Positions 1-9,195 of a stretch of DNA of 37,273 nucleotides are shown piece by piece; position 1 is the first letter of the stretch; every line of letters begins with the position of its first letter. A program made the translations under genes and the position numbers. The DNA comes from Acidimicrobiales bacterium (GTDB lineage Bacteria; Actinomycetota; Acidimicrobiia; Acidimicrobiales; CADCSY01), in contig DASZDM010000220.1 of the NCBI GenBank assembly GCA_035942015.1, positions 1 to 37,273 of the forward strand, written 5' to 3'. The notes beneath the pieces were generated by a model that ran no database searches, was not told the origin of the DNA, and saw only the letters and a list, made by a program, of their open reading frames with translations.

Positions 1-212
1 AGCGTGGCCAGTGGGTTGCGCCCCACGAAGGAGAAGCGAGACCACCGAAGGCCCTGCTCCACCGACTCCAACAGGAAGCCGGGGTCGTCGCCGACCACCC
101 GGGCGAAGGCCGCCACCGGGGTGATCAGGTCTCCCAGGACCTCCCGCCACACGGGCACCACCGAGTGGGTTCGGGCCAGTGTCCGGAACTCATCCCGACT
201 CGGTCGTAGCAC
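1..212 (-). CDS. trpE: anthranilate synthase component I, N-terminal fragment (continues beyond window start)
   Basis: My own minus-strand translation of 212..1 (absent from the ORF track because it has no stop in the window) reads VLRPSRDEFRTLARTHSVVPVWREVLGDLITPVAAFARVVGDDPGFLLESVEQGLRWSRFSFVGRNPLAT. This is a typical TrpE N-terminus (TPV..F, GFLLESVE, RxSF.G). GTG at 212 lies 13 nt after the hisI stop. Confidence 0.8.
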   Translation of the reverse strand, partial: MLRPSRDEFRTLARTHSVVPVWREVLGDLITPVAAFARVVGDDPGFLLESVEQGLRWSRFSFVGRNPLAT

Positions 213-225
213 GGCGGACGAGAGG

Positions 226-594
226 TCAGCCGTCGCCGAAGCGGCGGGAGAAGCAGGTGCGGTCACCGGTGTGGCACGCTCCCCTCCCCTCTTGCTCGAC
301 GACGAAGAGCAGGGTGTCGCCATCGCAGTCGTAATAGGCCCGGCGAACCCACTGGCGATCGCCCGAGGTGTCACCCTTGGCCCATTCCTCCTGGCGGGAG
401 CGGCTCCAGAAGACGGTGCGCCCGCTTTCGAGCGTGCGCCGCAGCGTGGCCTCGTTCATCCACGCCATCATGAGGACATCACCGCTGGCATCGTCCTGGA
501 CGATGGCCGGTACCAGACCGTTGGCGTCGTAGCGCACGGCGGCCAGGTCGAGGTCGCTGGCAGGGATGGGGGTGACCGCGGGCATCGCCGTCAT
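226..594 (-). CDS. hisI: phosphoribosyl-AMP cyclohydrolase
   Basis: The last 122 aa of track ORF 226..942 ([51 protein letters not shown]...[11 protein letters not shown]) are HisI-like. ATG at 594 lies 13 nt after the hisF stop (608-610). The upstream part of the ORF is a shadow frame over hisF. Confidence 0.9.
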   Translation of the reverse strand: MTAMPAVTPIPASDLDLAAVRYDANGLVPAIVQDDASGDVLMMAWMNEATLRRTLESGRTVFWSRSRQEEWAKGDTSGDRQWVRRAYYDCDGDTLLFVVEQEGRGACHTGDRTCFSRRFGDG

Positions 595-607
595 GGTACC
601 TGTGGTC

Positions 608-1372
608 TCAGCCAGCGGAAGGACGCACCGCCACGCCGGCGGCCGCCATCGCCGCCTTGGCGTCGGCCACGGTATGAGTGCCGAAGTGGAAGATCGAGGC
701 CGCCAATACGGCATCGGCGCCGCCTTCGGTCGCTCCCTCCACCAGGTGGCGGAGCTCACCCACTCCCCCGCTGGCGATGACCGGCACGCCACAGGCCAGG
801 GTGACCGCCCGGGTGAGGTCGAGATCGAACCCGTCGAGGGTGCCGTCACGATCCATCGACGTGAGCAGGACCTCCCCGGCACCCAGCTCCTCGACCTCAC
901 AGGCCCACGACACGGCGTCGAGTCCAGTGGGCTTGCGGCCACCGTGGGTGTAGACCTCGAAGCCTCCGGGGGAACGCCGGGCGTCGATGGCCACTACCAC
1001 GCACTGGGCCCCGAACTCCTCGGCCAGCTCCCCCACCAACTCGGGGCGGCTCACCGCCGCGGTGTTCACTCCAACCTTGTCGGCCCCGGCCCGCAGGAGC
1101 GCCCGGGCATCGTCGACGGTGCGGACGCCGCCTCCCACGGTGAGCGGGATGAACACCTGCTCCGCCGTACGGGCCACCACGTCGACGATCGTGCCGCGAT
1201 TGGCGGAAGAGGCGGTGATGTCGAGGAAGACCACCTCATCGGCGCCCTGCTTGTCGTAGCGGGCCGCCAGCTCGGCCGGATCGCCGGCGTCACGCAGCCC
1301 GACGAAGTTGACCCCCTTGACCACTCGACCACCATCGACATCGAGGCAGGGGATGACCCGGACCGTGCGCAT
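608..1372 (-). CDS. hisF: imidazole glycerol phosphate synthase, cyclase subunit
   Basis: [52 protein letters not shown]... is canonical HisF. ATG at 1372 is preferred over GTG at 1381 because a TAGGGT -10 box overlaps the GTG. Confidence 0.93.
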   Translation of the reverse strand: MRTVRVIPCLDVDGGRVVKGVNFVGLRDAGDPAELAARYDKQGADEVVFLDITASSANRGTIVDVVARTAEQVFIPLTVGGGVRTVDDARALLRAGADKVGVNTAAVSRPELVGELAEEFGAQCVVVAIDARRSPGGFEVYTHGGRKPTGLDAVSWACEVEELGAGEVLLTSMDRDGTLDGFDLDLTRAVTLACGVPVIASGGVGELRHLVEGATEGGADAVLAASIFHFGTHTVADAKAAMAAAGVAVRPSAG

Positions 1373-1379
1373 GGCGGCC

Positions 1380-1385
1380 ACCCTA
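1380..1385 (-). promoter_or_regulatory. -10 element (TAGGGT) positioned for a leaderless hisF-hisI(-trpE) transcript
   Basis: The minus strand reads cggcgTAGGGTggccgccATG, with a 7-nt spacer to ATG 1372. No properly spaced SD. Confidence 0.35.
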
Positions 1386-1412
1386 CGCCGGCCGAACCCG
1401 GCAATAGCGGGC

Positions 1413-1418
1413 TACCGT
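1413..1418 (+). promoter_or_regulatory. -10 element (TACCGT) positioned for a leaderless ydeI-like transcript
   Basis: gcTACCGTcgtgcttGTG has a 7-nt spacer to the in-frame GTG at 1426. GTG 1420 is too close to be transcribed from it. Confidence 0.3.
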
Positions 1419-1419
1419 C

Positions 1420-1692
1420 GTGCTTGTGGGCGGCCCGCGACTGCCCGGTGGGGTCGTGCACGAACTTCCAGGGGACCTACGCAAGGCGTTGGTCGCCAAC
1501 GGGAAGGCGCTCGATGCCTGGAAGGACATCACGCCTCTGGCGCGAAACGAGTTCATCTGCTGGGTCGAGGATGCCAAGCAGGCCGTGACCCGGGAACGCC
1601 GGATCCGACGGACCACCGAGGAGCTGGAGGAAGGCCAGCGTCGTCCTTGCTGCTGGCCAGGGTGCAAGCACCGCGAGCGGACCGGCCGATAG
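1420..1692 (+). CDS. YdeI/OmpD-associated (OmdA-type) family protein
   Basis: The 90-aa ORF has LPGDLRKALVANGKALDAWKDITPLARNEFICWVEDAKQAVTRERRIRRTTEELEEGQRRPCCWPGC, the signature of the YdeI C-terminal domain family. The start may be GTG 1426 or 1456. High GC3. Confidence 0.75.
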   Translation: MLVGGPRLPGGVVHELPGDLRKALVANGKALDAWKDITPLARNEFICWVEDAKQAVTRERRIRRTTEELEEGQRRPCCWPGCKHRERTGR

Positions 1693-1796
1693 CAGCCGGC
1701 GCCTCGTTCAGCCGGTCCCGTCATTCGCCGACCGCTGCTGCCCGTGTCGGCGGTTGCGCATCGTCCGCACGGTAGGAACGGCTCCGGTCATCGGCC

Positions 1797-2684
1797 CTAC
1801 TTCTCGGCCCCCGCAAGCAGTCCCTGGACGAAGTAGCGCTGGAAGGCAAAGAAGACGATGAGCGGCACCACGAGAGAGATGAAGGCACCGGGAGCGATGA
1901 CATCGATGTTGGCTCCGAACTGGCGTGTCTGCTCGCGAATGGCCACGGTGAGCGGGGTCGCGTCGGCGCCGGCGAACACCAAGCCGACGAGCAGGTCGTT
2001 CCAGACCCACAGGAACTGGAAGATCGACAGCGATGCGATGGCAGGGAGCCCGATGGGCAGCACCACACGGAAGAAGATCGACACCTCGCTCGCCCCGTCG
2101 ATGCGGGCTGCCTCCAGCAGCTCCTTGGGGATGCCGGCGAAGAAGTTGCGCAACAGGAAGATGGCGAACGGGAGGCCGAAAGCGACGTGGAACAGCACCA
2201 CGCCGAAGATGCTTCCGAAGATACCGAGCTGTCCGAAGAGGCCGGCGACGGGGATCAAGGCCACCTGCAGCGGCACCACCAGCAGGCCGACGACGCCGAT
2301 GAACGCCCAGTCCCGCCCGGGGAAGTCCACCCAGGCGAAGGCATAGGCGGCGAGGGAACCGACCAGGACCACGCCGATGGTGGCCGGGACGGTGATGAGG
2401 AGGGTGTTCCAGAAGGCGTCGACCATGCCCGGGTCCTCGATCAGGGACCGGTAACTGTCGATGGTCAGCTGGGCCGGTGCCGTCAGCACCGACCACCACC
2501 CGGCGGCCGCGTTGTCGGAGGCGGAGCGGAAGGACGAGACCAGCAATCCGGCGGTGGGCAGCAGCCAGAAGAGCGCGATGAGCACGAGCACGACGTGCAG
2601 CGGGCCCTTGCGCACTGCCCGAGCCAGCCGGCTGCCCATTCCCTCGGTCGAGGCCTGCTTGGTCGTGGTCGCCGTCGCGGCCAT
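1797..2684 (-). CDS. carbohydrate ABC transporter permease (CUT1, MalG-type)
   Basis: The C-terminal 295 aa of track ORF 1797..2966 start at MAATATTTKQ. Six TM segments and an EAA loop (ELLEAARIDGASEVSIFFRVVLP). ATG 2684 overlaps the stop of the upstream permease (ATGA). Confidence 0.9.
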   Translation of the reverse strand: MAATATTTKQASTEGMGSRLARAVRKGPLHVVLVLIALFWLLPTAGLLVSSFRSASDNAAAGWWSVLTAPAQLTIDSYRSLIEDPGMVDAFWNTLLITVPATIGVVLVGSLAAYAFAWVDFPGRDWAFIGVVGLLVVPLQVALIPVAGLFGQLGIFGSIFGVVLFHVAFGLPFAIFLLRNFFAGIPKELLEAARIDGASEVSIFFRVVLPIGLPAIASLSIFQFLWVWNDLLVGLVFAGADATPLTVAIREQTRQFGANIDVIAPGAFISLVVPLIVFFAFQRYFVQGLLAGAEK

Positions 2685-4069
2685 CAGCGCTCGGCCCGGA
2701 ACCGCTTGATGTTGAAGGCCATGGCCGGCAGGACCAGGAGGAACAACAGCACCGACAGGGCGCTGCCCAACCCCTGGTCCCGCGCCCCTCCGAACGACAC
2801 CCGCCACATCTCCAGGGCGATGACGTTGGCCTCGTTCTGCACCGAGCCCGGCGGGATGATCAGGACGAGGTCGAAGACCTTGAGCACGTTGATCACCAGG
2901 GTCACCAGCACGACGAGGAGCACGGGCGTCAAAAGTGGAACCGTCACCCGGCGGAACACCTGCCACTCCCCGGCGCCATCGACCCGGGCAGCCTCCTGCA
3001 CGTCGCGGGGAATGGCCGACAGCCCGGCACCGATGACGATCATGGCGAAGCCGATCCAGATCCAGAGCCAGGCGGCGATGATCGCCGGCGTGACGAGCGT
3101 GGGGCTCAACCAGTTCACGCCGCCCCAGGGAGGACGGAAGTTGGCCTCGCTCAGCCGCAACTGGTACTCGCCCGACTCCAGGTCGTCGAAGGCGAAGACG
3201 CCGTCGGTATCCGAGACGGTGGTGGCCACCACCTCACCCCCGTCGAGTGCTTCGATCTCTACTCCCGGCAGGCCCAGTTCCGTGGGGTCCACGGTGCCGG
3301 CCTCACCCCCTCCCCCTCTCGTGAAATCGAGCCACACCACTCCTGAGAGGGTGTCCGGCGCGCGTCGGGGCATCGGCGCCTCGTCTGCGTCGTCGGGCAG
3401 CTCGCGTGGCCGGATGGCGAGCAGGCCGAGGGTGGCGGGCTCGTCACCCGGGGCGAATGGCCGGCTGGTGACGAAGGCCCGGCCCTGCGATTGCAGGAGA
3501 TCAGGCTGGGAGGGTCGGGCGCCTTCGTACGCACCGGAGGATCGGAACACGTCGACCACGCTGGTGACCACGGCGTTGGCCAGGCCGCGGTCGGGATCGT
3601 CTTCGTAGACCAGGCGGAAGATAACCCCGGTGGCCAGCCCGGAGATGGCCATGGGCATGAAGACGGCGACTTTGAACGCCGTCTGCCATCGCACCCGCTC
3701 GGCCAGTACGGCGTAGATCAACCCGACGGCGGTGGCCAGCGTGGGCGCCACCACCACCCAGATGGCGTTGTTGCGGATGGCGATGAGCGTCCGCTCGGAC
3801 GAGAACATCTCCCGGTAGTTGTCCAGGCCCACGAACGTGTCACCCAGCCGGCTGTAGAAGCTGCGGAGGACCGAGAAGAAGATGGGGTAGACGACGAGCG
3901 CGCCGAGCAGCACCAGCGCCGGTGTGAGGAAGGCGAGAGCGATCGCGATGTTGCGGGGCGCAGGTCGCCGCCGAGGTGGTGGCGCCGGCGTGGCCGCCGG
4001 GCGGGTGGTCGAAACCACCCGCCCCCGCGGCCGCTGTTGGTCCTGCTCGGTGGCCTCCCTCTCGGCCAC
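2684..4069 (-). CDS. carbohydrate ABC transporter permease (CUT1, MalF-type) with a large extracytoplasmic insertion
   Basis: 461 aa with an EAA loop (DVQEAARVDGAGEWQVFRRVTVP). TM helices flank a loop of about 170 aa (residues ~155-322). GTG start at 4069, 9 nt after the SBP stop. Confidence 0.88.
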   Translation of the reverse strand: MAEREATEQDQQRPRGRVVSTTRPAATPAPPPRRRPAPRNIAIALAFLTPALVLLGALVVYPIFFSVLRSFYSRLGDTFVGLDNYREMFSSERTLIAIRNNAIWVVVAPTLATAVGLIYAVLAERVRWQTAFKVAVFMPMAISGLATGVIFRLVYEDDPDRGLANAVVTSVVDVFRSSGAYEGARPSQPDLLQSQGRAFVTSRPFAPGDEPATLGLLAIRPRELPDDADEAPMPRRAPDTLSGVVWLDFTRGGGGEAGTVDPTELGLPGVEIEALDGGEVVATTVSDTDGVFAFDDLESGEYQLRLSEANFRPPWGGVNWLSPTLVTPAIIAAWLWIWIGFAMIVIGAGLSAIPRDVQEAARVDGAGEWQVFRRVTVPLLTPVLLVVLVTLVINVLKVFDLVLIIPPGSVQNEANVIALEMWRVSFGGARDQGLGSALSVLLFLLVLPAMAFNIKRFRAER

Positions 4070-4078
4070 CGTGTGCCG

Positions 4079-5434
4079 CTACTCCCCGTAGGCGCTGGCG
4101 GCGGCTGCCTCCAGTGCCTCGGCCGTGCCTTCGACATCGGAGGGGTCCTCCAGGAAGTCCTGGAGGATCTGCCACATCCCCTGGCTCGGGGTTCCCCCGA
4201 AGGCCGGAGGCTGGAGGTCTGAGAGGTCGAAGCGCAGGTTGTCGCCGGCCTCCTCCAGGCTCTGGGCGATGGTCCCGGTGACCTCGTCGGGGTAGGTCTC
4301 GGGATCGACGTCCTGGTTGGGCGAGATGAAGCCGCCCAGCGCGGCCCGTACTTCGCCGGCGGCAGGCCGAGCCAGGTACTCGATCAGGGCCCGGCCTCCC
4401 TCGGAGTCGGCGAGCAGGACGGCGACGTCGCCGCCGGCCACCACCGCCGGCCCGGACCCGTCGATCTCCGGGAACGGGAAGACGTCGGCATCGGTGCCCA
4501 GTTCGGCCTCCGTGTCGCCGGTGATGACGGCTCCGACGAAGTCGCCTTCGTAGACCATGGCGGCCGCAGGGGGGTCAGCGAACACCTGGGTCACCGAGTC
4601 GTTGAAGTCGGTCTGCAGGGCGCCCTGGGTGCCTCCGGCCAGGAGGTCGGGGGTGAAGATCTCGCCGAGGGTCTCCAGCGCGGTGGTGACCGACGGATCG
4701 GTCCAGGGGATCTCGTGGGCCGCCAGCTGGTCGTACATCTCGGGACCGGCCGTGCGGAGGTAGACGTTCTCGAACCAGTCGGTCAGGGTCCATCCATCGG
4801 CTCCACCCACCGACAGGGCAGGCACGCCGAAGTCGGTCACCGTCTGGGCGGTTTCGAGGAAGCCCTCGAGATCGTCGGCCGGCTCGACGCCGGCGTCTTC
4901 GAAGACGCCGGTGTTGTACCACACCAGCGACTTGTTGGCCGCCTTGAACCACACCCCGTAGAGCTCACCGTCGACGGTTCCCAACTCCCTCCAGATGTCG
5001 GCGTAGTGCTCGTCCACCTCGTCGCCGGCCACATCCTCCAGCGGCTGCAGCACGTCTTGTTCGGCCAGGTCGCGCAGCAGGCCGGGCTGGGGAAGCAGGG
5101 CGACGTCAGGAGGATCACCTCCAGCGATACGGGGCCCGATGACGGCGGCGATGTCGTCACCGGTGGAGGTGAGCGTCACCTCTGCTCCCGTCTCTTCCTC
5201 GAAGGCGTCGAACACGGCGGCGAAGAGGTCCGCCTCGGTCCCCGTCGGGACCACGGCCACCTCCAGCTGGACCCCCGTGAGGTCAGGTAGCGCCCCTTCG
5301 GTGGTGTCCTCGGTGGTGTCCTCGGCGGTGTCGGGGGTGGCGTCGTCGGTGGCGCCGTCGTCACCGCCGTCACCACAGGCCGCCATCACCAGCAGTAGCG
5401 CAGCGAGGATCGCCGTCAGTTGGACCCGTCTCAT
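4079..5434 (-). CDS. ABC transporter substrate-binding lipoprotein (family 1 extracellular solute-binding protein)
   Basis: Signal peptide plus lipobox (MRRVQLTAILAALLLVMAACG), an acidic linker, then a sugar-binding-protein-like body. AGGAGG lies 6 nt before ATG 5434; the track start GTG 5437 is only 3 nt from the SD. The ATPase TAG stop overlaps the SD. Confidence 0.9.
   Translation of the reverse strand: MRRVQLTAILAALLLVMAACGDGGDDGATDDATPDTAEDTTEDTTEGALPDLTGVQLEVAVVPTGTEADLFAAVFDAFEEETGAEVTLTSTGDDIAAVIGPRIAGGDPPDVALLPQPGLLRDLAEQDVLQPLEDVAGDEVDEHYADIWRELGTVDGELYGVWFKAANKSLVWYNTGVFEDAGVEPADDLEGFLETAQTVTDFGVPALSVGGADGWTLTDWFENVYLRTAGPEMYDQLAAHEIPWTDPSVTTALETLGEIFTPDLLAGGTQGALQTDFNDSVTQVFADPPAAAMVYEGDFVGAVITGDTEAELGTDADVFPFPEIDGSGPAVVAGGDVAVLLADSEGGRALIEYLARPAAGEVRAALGGFISPNQDVDPETYPDEVTGTIAQSLEEAGDNLRFDLSDLQPPAFGGTPSQGMWQILQDFLEDPSDVEGTAEALEAAAASAYGE
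5299..5334. repeat. in-frame 12-bp tandem repeat (2 perfect + 1 degenerate copy) encoding the acidic TTED linker of the lipoprotein
   Basis: cggtggtgtcct occurs at 5299-5310 and 5311-5322, then cggcggtgtcgg at 5323-5334. It encodes ...AEDTTEDTTEG... on the minus strand. Confidence 0.8.
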
Positions 5435-5444
5435 CACTTTCCTC

Positions 5445-6701
5445 CTATGGGTTGTGGGCGTGTTGCGGTTGGGGCTCCGGGGGTGGCTCCATCCCTTCGG
5501 AGACGGTTAGGCCGGTATCCGGGTCGAAGACATGAAGGCGCGACGTGTCGACCACCAGTTCCACCGGCTCCCCCTTGGCGGCACGGGTCCGGGGACCGAC
5601 TCTCGCCACCAGGGCGGCGTGTGCTCGCTCGACGTGGCGGTCGAGCTCCTCGGGACCGACCAGGCCGATGTCCTCGGCCAGCTCCCGGGTGTCGTCGGTG
5701 ACGACCGGCGGCGCCCCCAGGCTGAAGTGGAGGTAGGCCTCCGAGCCCATCCGCTCCACCAGGTCGACCGTGGCCCGCAATCGCCGGCCGGTCGGAGCGG
5801 CGTCCACCAGGGCCGCGTCCTCCATGTCCTCGGGACGCACGCCGAGGACGATCTCCCGACCGACGTAGGAACGCAGCGCGGGGCGTCGAGCCATCAACTC
5901 GTCGGCCACCTCCAGCTGCTGGTCACCGATGGTCACCACCAGGGCGTCCCCGTCTCCGGTCAGCCTTGCCTGCACCATGTTCATCGCCGGCGAGCCGATG
6001 AACCCGGCCACGAAGAGGTTCACCGGTCGGTCGTAGAGCACCTGGGGATCATCGACCTGTTGCAGCACGCCCCGCTTCATCACCGCCACTCGGTCCCCCA
6101 TGGTCATGGCCTCGGTCTGGTCGTGGGTGACGTAGAGCGTGGTGACCCGGAGGTCCTGTTGGATGCGGGCGATCTCGGCCCGCATCTGGACCCGGAGCTT
6201 GGCGTCGAGGTTGGACAGCGGCTCGTCCATGAGGAACGCCTGGGGCTGGCGGACGATGGCCCGTCCCATGGCCACCCGCTGGCGCTGGCCCCCGGAGAGA
6301 TTGCGGGGCTTGCGGTCGAGCAGTTCGTCCAGGCCGAGGATCCGAGCCGCCTCCTCGACCCGCCTGGCGATCTCCTCCTTGGACACCTTGCGGAGTCGGA
6401 GGCCGAAACCCATGTTCTCGCCGACACTGAGGTGGGGGTACAGGGCGTAGTTCTGGAAGACCATGGCGATGTCGCGGTCCTTGGGTGGAACATCGTTGAC
6501 CACCCGTTCACCGATGCGAACCCGGCCGCCGCTGATGTCCTCCAAGCCGGCGACCATGCGCAGGGCGGTGGTCTTTCCGCACCCCGACGGCCCCACCAGC
6601 ACGAGGAACTCGCCGTCGCCGATGTCGAGATCGAGATCCGCGACTGCCGTCGTGCCGTCGGGGAAGACCTTGGTCACCTCTTCCAGCACCACTTCAGCCA
6701 C
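5445..6701 (-). CDS. sugar ABC transporter ATP-binding protein (MsiK/UgpC/MalK-like)
   Basis: Walker A GPSGCGKTT, signature LSGGQRQRVA, Walker B FLMDEPLSNLD and a C-terminal regulatory/TOBE-like domain. GTG start preceded by GGAGGA with a 4-nt spacer. Confidence 0.93.
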   Translation of the reverse strand: MAEVVLEEVTKVFPDGTTAVADLDLDIGDGEFLVLVGPSGCGKTTALRMVAGLEDISGGRVRIGERVVNDVPPKDRDIAMVFQNYALYPHLSVGENMGFGLRLRKVSKEEIARRVEEAARILGLDELLDRKPRNLSGGQRQRVAMGRAIVRQPQAFLMDEPLSNLDAKLRVQMRAEIARIQQDLRVTTLYVTHDQTEAMTMGDRVAVMKRGVLQQVDDPQVLYDRPVNLFVAGFIGSPAMNMVQARLTGDGDALVVTIGDQQLEVADELMARRPALRSYVGREIVLGVRPEDMEDAALVDAAPTGRRLRATVDLVERMGSEAYLHFSLGAPPVVTDDTRELAEDIGLVGPEELDRHVERAHAALVARVGPRTRAAKGEPVELVVDTSRLHVFDPDTGLTVSEGMEPPPEPQPQHAHNP

Positions 6702-6776
6702 AGGTCCTCCGCTCTCGGAGCCAGTTGCTCACTCAACGTAGCCCCGGTGGTGGACCGGCAAACGGAAGCGGTCGTC

Positions 6777-8372
6777 CTAGGCCATGGCGACGAGGTCGAG
6801 CAGATCGTCGCTCCAGTGGTCGAGGGTCCCCTCGGGCATGAGCAGGACCCGCTGAGGGGCCAGCTCGCGCACGAACTCGGGGTCGTGGCTCACCAGCACC
6901 ATGGCCCCACCCCAGCCGGCCAGCGCCGTGGCGACGGACGTGCGCGAAGGAGGGTCGAGGTTGTTGGTCGGCTCGTCGAGGAGCAGCAGGTTGTGGCGGC
7001 CGGCGGTGAGCTGGGCCAGGGCCAGCTTGGTCTTCTCTCCTCCGGACAGGGTGCCGGCGTCCTGGAAGGCCATCTCCCCGGGGAGGCCGAACATGCCGAG
7101 CAACGCCCGAAGCTCACCGACGGGAAGGTCGGCCTGCTCACGGAGGTGGGTGAGCAGATCCTTGCCGGCGACGATCCCCTCGTGCTCCTGGGCGTAATAA
7201 CCGGCGGAGACCCCGAGGCCGAGGCGGAACGAGCCTGCGTCGGGCATCGTCTCGCCGGCCAGGAGGCGCAACAGGCTGGTCTTGCCCGCTCCGTTCAGGC
7301 CCATGATCATGAGCCGCTCCCCCCGGCCGAGATCGAAGCTCACATCGCTGAACACCGGCGGCCCGCCATAGGCCTTCGAGAGCTCCTCGACCTCCAGCAC
7401 CACTCTGCCGGCCCGCGGTGGATCGGGGAGGCGGAGGGACAGGGCCTGTTCCTTCTGGGGCCCCGTCACCGCCACCGCCTGCAGTCGGGACACCCGGTGG
7501 TCGATCGACTTGGCGGTACGGGCCCGTCGCTGGGTCTGGCCCCTCATTGAGTCGGCCAGGGTCGACAGGCGCTTGATCTCTCCGGCCTGGGCCGATGCCA
7601 ACTTGGCCTGCCGGGCCTGATCGGCCTCGCGCGCCCGCCGGTACTGGGAGTAGGTCCCCCCGTACTCGACGATGTGGGCGTTGTCGAGATGCAGGACCCG
7701 GGTGATGGCCTCGTCGAGGAGGCCGAGGTCGTGGCTGACCACCAACAACGCGCCCCGGTAGGACGCCAGGAACCCCATGAGCCATGCCTTGGCATCGGTG
7801 TCGAGGTGGTTGGTGGGCTCGTCCAGCAGCAGCAGGTCGCTGCCGGCGAAGAGGATGCGGGCCAGCTCGACCCGCCGCCGTTCGCCTCCCGAGAGCACCC
7901 GTACCGGGAGGTCGAGCCGGTCGTCGGGCAGCCCGAGTCCAGCGGCGATGCGGCGGATCTCGGAGTCGGCGGCCCAGCCCCCGGCCAACTCGAAGGCCTC
8001 CACTGCGCCGGCGTGCCGGCCGATGTTTCGCTCCGACGGGTCCTCTTCCAGCGCCAGGCGGCGCTTCTCGATGGTGACCGCCAGTTGGTCCAGCCCTCGG
8101 CCGGAGAGGATGTGGTCGAGGGCGGAGAGGTTGTCGGCCGTGTCGGCATGGGCTGTTCGCGGATCCTGGGACAGGTAACCGAGCCCGCCTCGGCGGATGA
8201 CCCGCCCACCATGGGGCGGAGTGCGCCCGGCTAGGACGCCCAACATGGTGGTCTTGCCCGCGCCGTTCCGTCCGACCAGGCCGGCCTTGTCGCCGGTCGC
8301 GATGGTGAACGAGGCCTCCTCGAGGGTCAGGCGGCCGCCCACCTCCACTGAGAGGTCGCGGGCCTGGAGCAT
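6777..8372 (-). CDS. ABC-F family ATPase (two fused ABC domains, no TM domain)
   Basis: Two Walker A motifs (GRNGAGKTT, GLNGAGKTS), two signatures (LSGGERRRVE, LSGGEKTKLA) and a charged inter-domain linker. I chose ATG 8372 (MLQARDLSV); the track start TTG 8420 is the alternative. Confidence 0.88.
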   Translation of the reverse strand: MLQARDLSVEVGGRLTLEEASFTIATGDKAGLVGRNGAGKTTMLGVLAGRTPPHGGRVIRRGGLGYLSQDPRTAHADTADNLSALDHILSGRGLDQLAVTIEKRRLALEEDPSERNIGRHAGAVEAFELAGGWAADSEIRRIAAGLGLPDDRLDLPVRVLSGGERRRVELARILFAGSDLLLLDEPTNHLDTDAKAWLMGFLASYRGALLVVSHDLGLLDEAITRVLHLDNAHIVEYGGTYSQYRRAREADQARQAKLASAQAGEIKRLSTLADSMRGQTQRRARTAKSIDHRVSRLQAVAVTGPQKEQALSLRLPDPPRAGRVVLEVEELSKAYGGPPVFSDVSFDLGRGERLMIMGLNGAGKTSLLRLLAGETMPDAGSFRLGLGVSAGYYAQEHEGIVAGKDLLTHLREQADLPVGELRALLGMFGLPGEMAFQDAGTLSGGEKTKLALAQLTAGRHNLLLLDEPTNNLDPPSRTSVATALAGWGGAMVLVSHDPEFVRELAPQRVLLMPEGTLDHWSDDLLDLVAMA

Positions 8373-8460
8373 GGTGCCAGCGTGCCAGTTCGCGGCCCGG
8401 TTTCCTGCTTTCGAGCCCAACTGATGGTCAGTCCGATGTGTTTTTGGGACGTTTCGACGA

Positions 8461-9195
8461 TCACGAGGAGGCCAGCGCGGTGAGGGCGTCCTCCACGGTG
8501 AAGGATCCTTCGTAGAGGGCCTTGCCGACGATGGCGCCGGCCAGTCGCCGGCCGTCGACGGCCACGGAGGAGAGGGCGGCCAGGTCGTCGAGCGATCCCA
8601 CCCCTCCGCTGGCGATCACGTCGATGCTGCTGGCGGCCAGCACGGACGCCAGGCCCTCGAGATCCGGACCGGCCAGCGTTCCGTCCCGGCCGATGTCGGT
8701 GACCACGACGGCGGCGACCCCCATCCCTTCGAAGCGGCGGACGGCGTCGAGCAGGTGCAGCTCCGCACGCTCGGTCCACCCCCGGACGGCCACCTCGCCG
8801 TCTCGGGTGTCGAGACCCACCGCCACCTGCCCGGGGTGGCGGGAGGCGAGCCGGGCCACCAGTGCGGGGTCGGTCACGGCCGCGGTGCCGAGGACCACCC
8901 TGGCCACCCCGGCGTCGACCAGGGCGGCGGCGGCGGCCTCGTCACGCACGCCGCCGCCGGCTTGGACGCGGGCGTCGACGGCACGGGCCACGGCGGTGAT
9001 GGCGTCTCGGTTCACCGGTTCGCCGGTGCGGGCGGCATCGAGATCCACCATGTGGATCCATGGCGCGCCGGCGGCCACGAATCCGGCGGCCAGCGCCATC
9101 GGATCGTCGCCGTAGACGGTTTCGGCCCCGTAGTCGCCCTGGTACAGGCGCACGCAGCGCCCACCCCGCAGATCAATGGCGGGGTACAGCTCCAT
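8461..9195 (-). CDS. hisA: ProFAR isomerase HisA (possibly bifunctional PriA type, as in many actinobacteria)
   Basis: MELYPAIDLRGGRCVRLYQGDYG...[16 protein letters not shown] 9195 overlaps the hisH stop (ATGA). The upstream 27 codons of the track ORF overlap hisH. Confidence 0.92.
   Translation of the reverse strand: MELYPAIDLRGGRCVRLYQGDYGAETVYGDDPMALAAGFVAAGAPWIHMVDLDAARTGEPVNRDAITAVARAVDARVQAGGGVRDEAAAAALVDAGVARVVLGTAAVTDPALVARLASRHPGQVAVGLDTRDGEVAVRGWTERAELHLLDAVRRFEGMGVAAVVVTDIGRDGTLAGPDLEGLASVLAASSIDVIASGGVGSLDDLAALSSVAVDGRRLAGAIVGKALYEGSFTVEDALTALASS

Noticed and set aside
5532-7550. A 672-aa plus-strand ORF. Similar long ORFs occur at 13688..14881(-), 15653..16792(-), 17459..18796(-), 35941..37077(-), 29683..30693(+) and 10430..11746(-).
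   Set aside because: All of them lie antisense to, or out of frame with, genes that have unmistakable conserved motifs. Their translations are Arg/Pro/Gly/His-rich low-complexity strings, as expected for stop-poor shadow frames in very GC-rich DNA. None has a recognisable domain.
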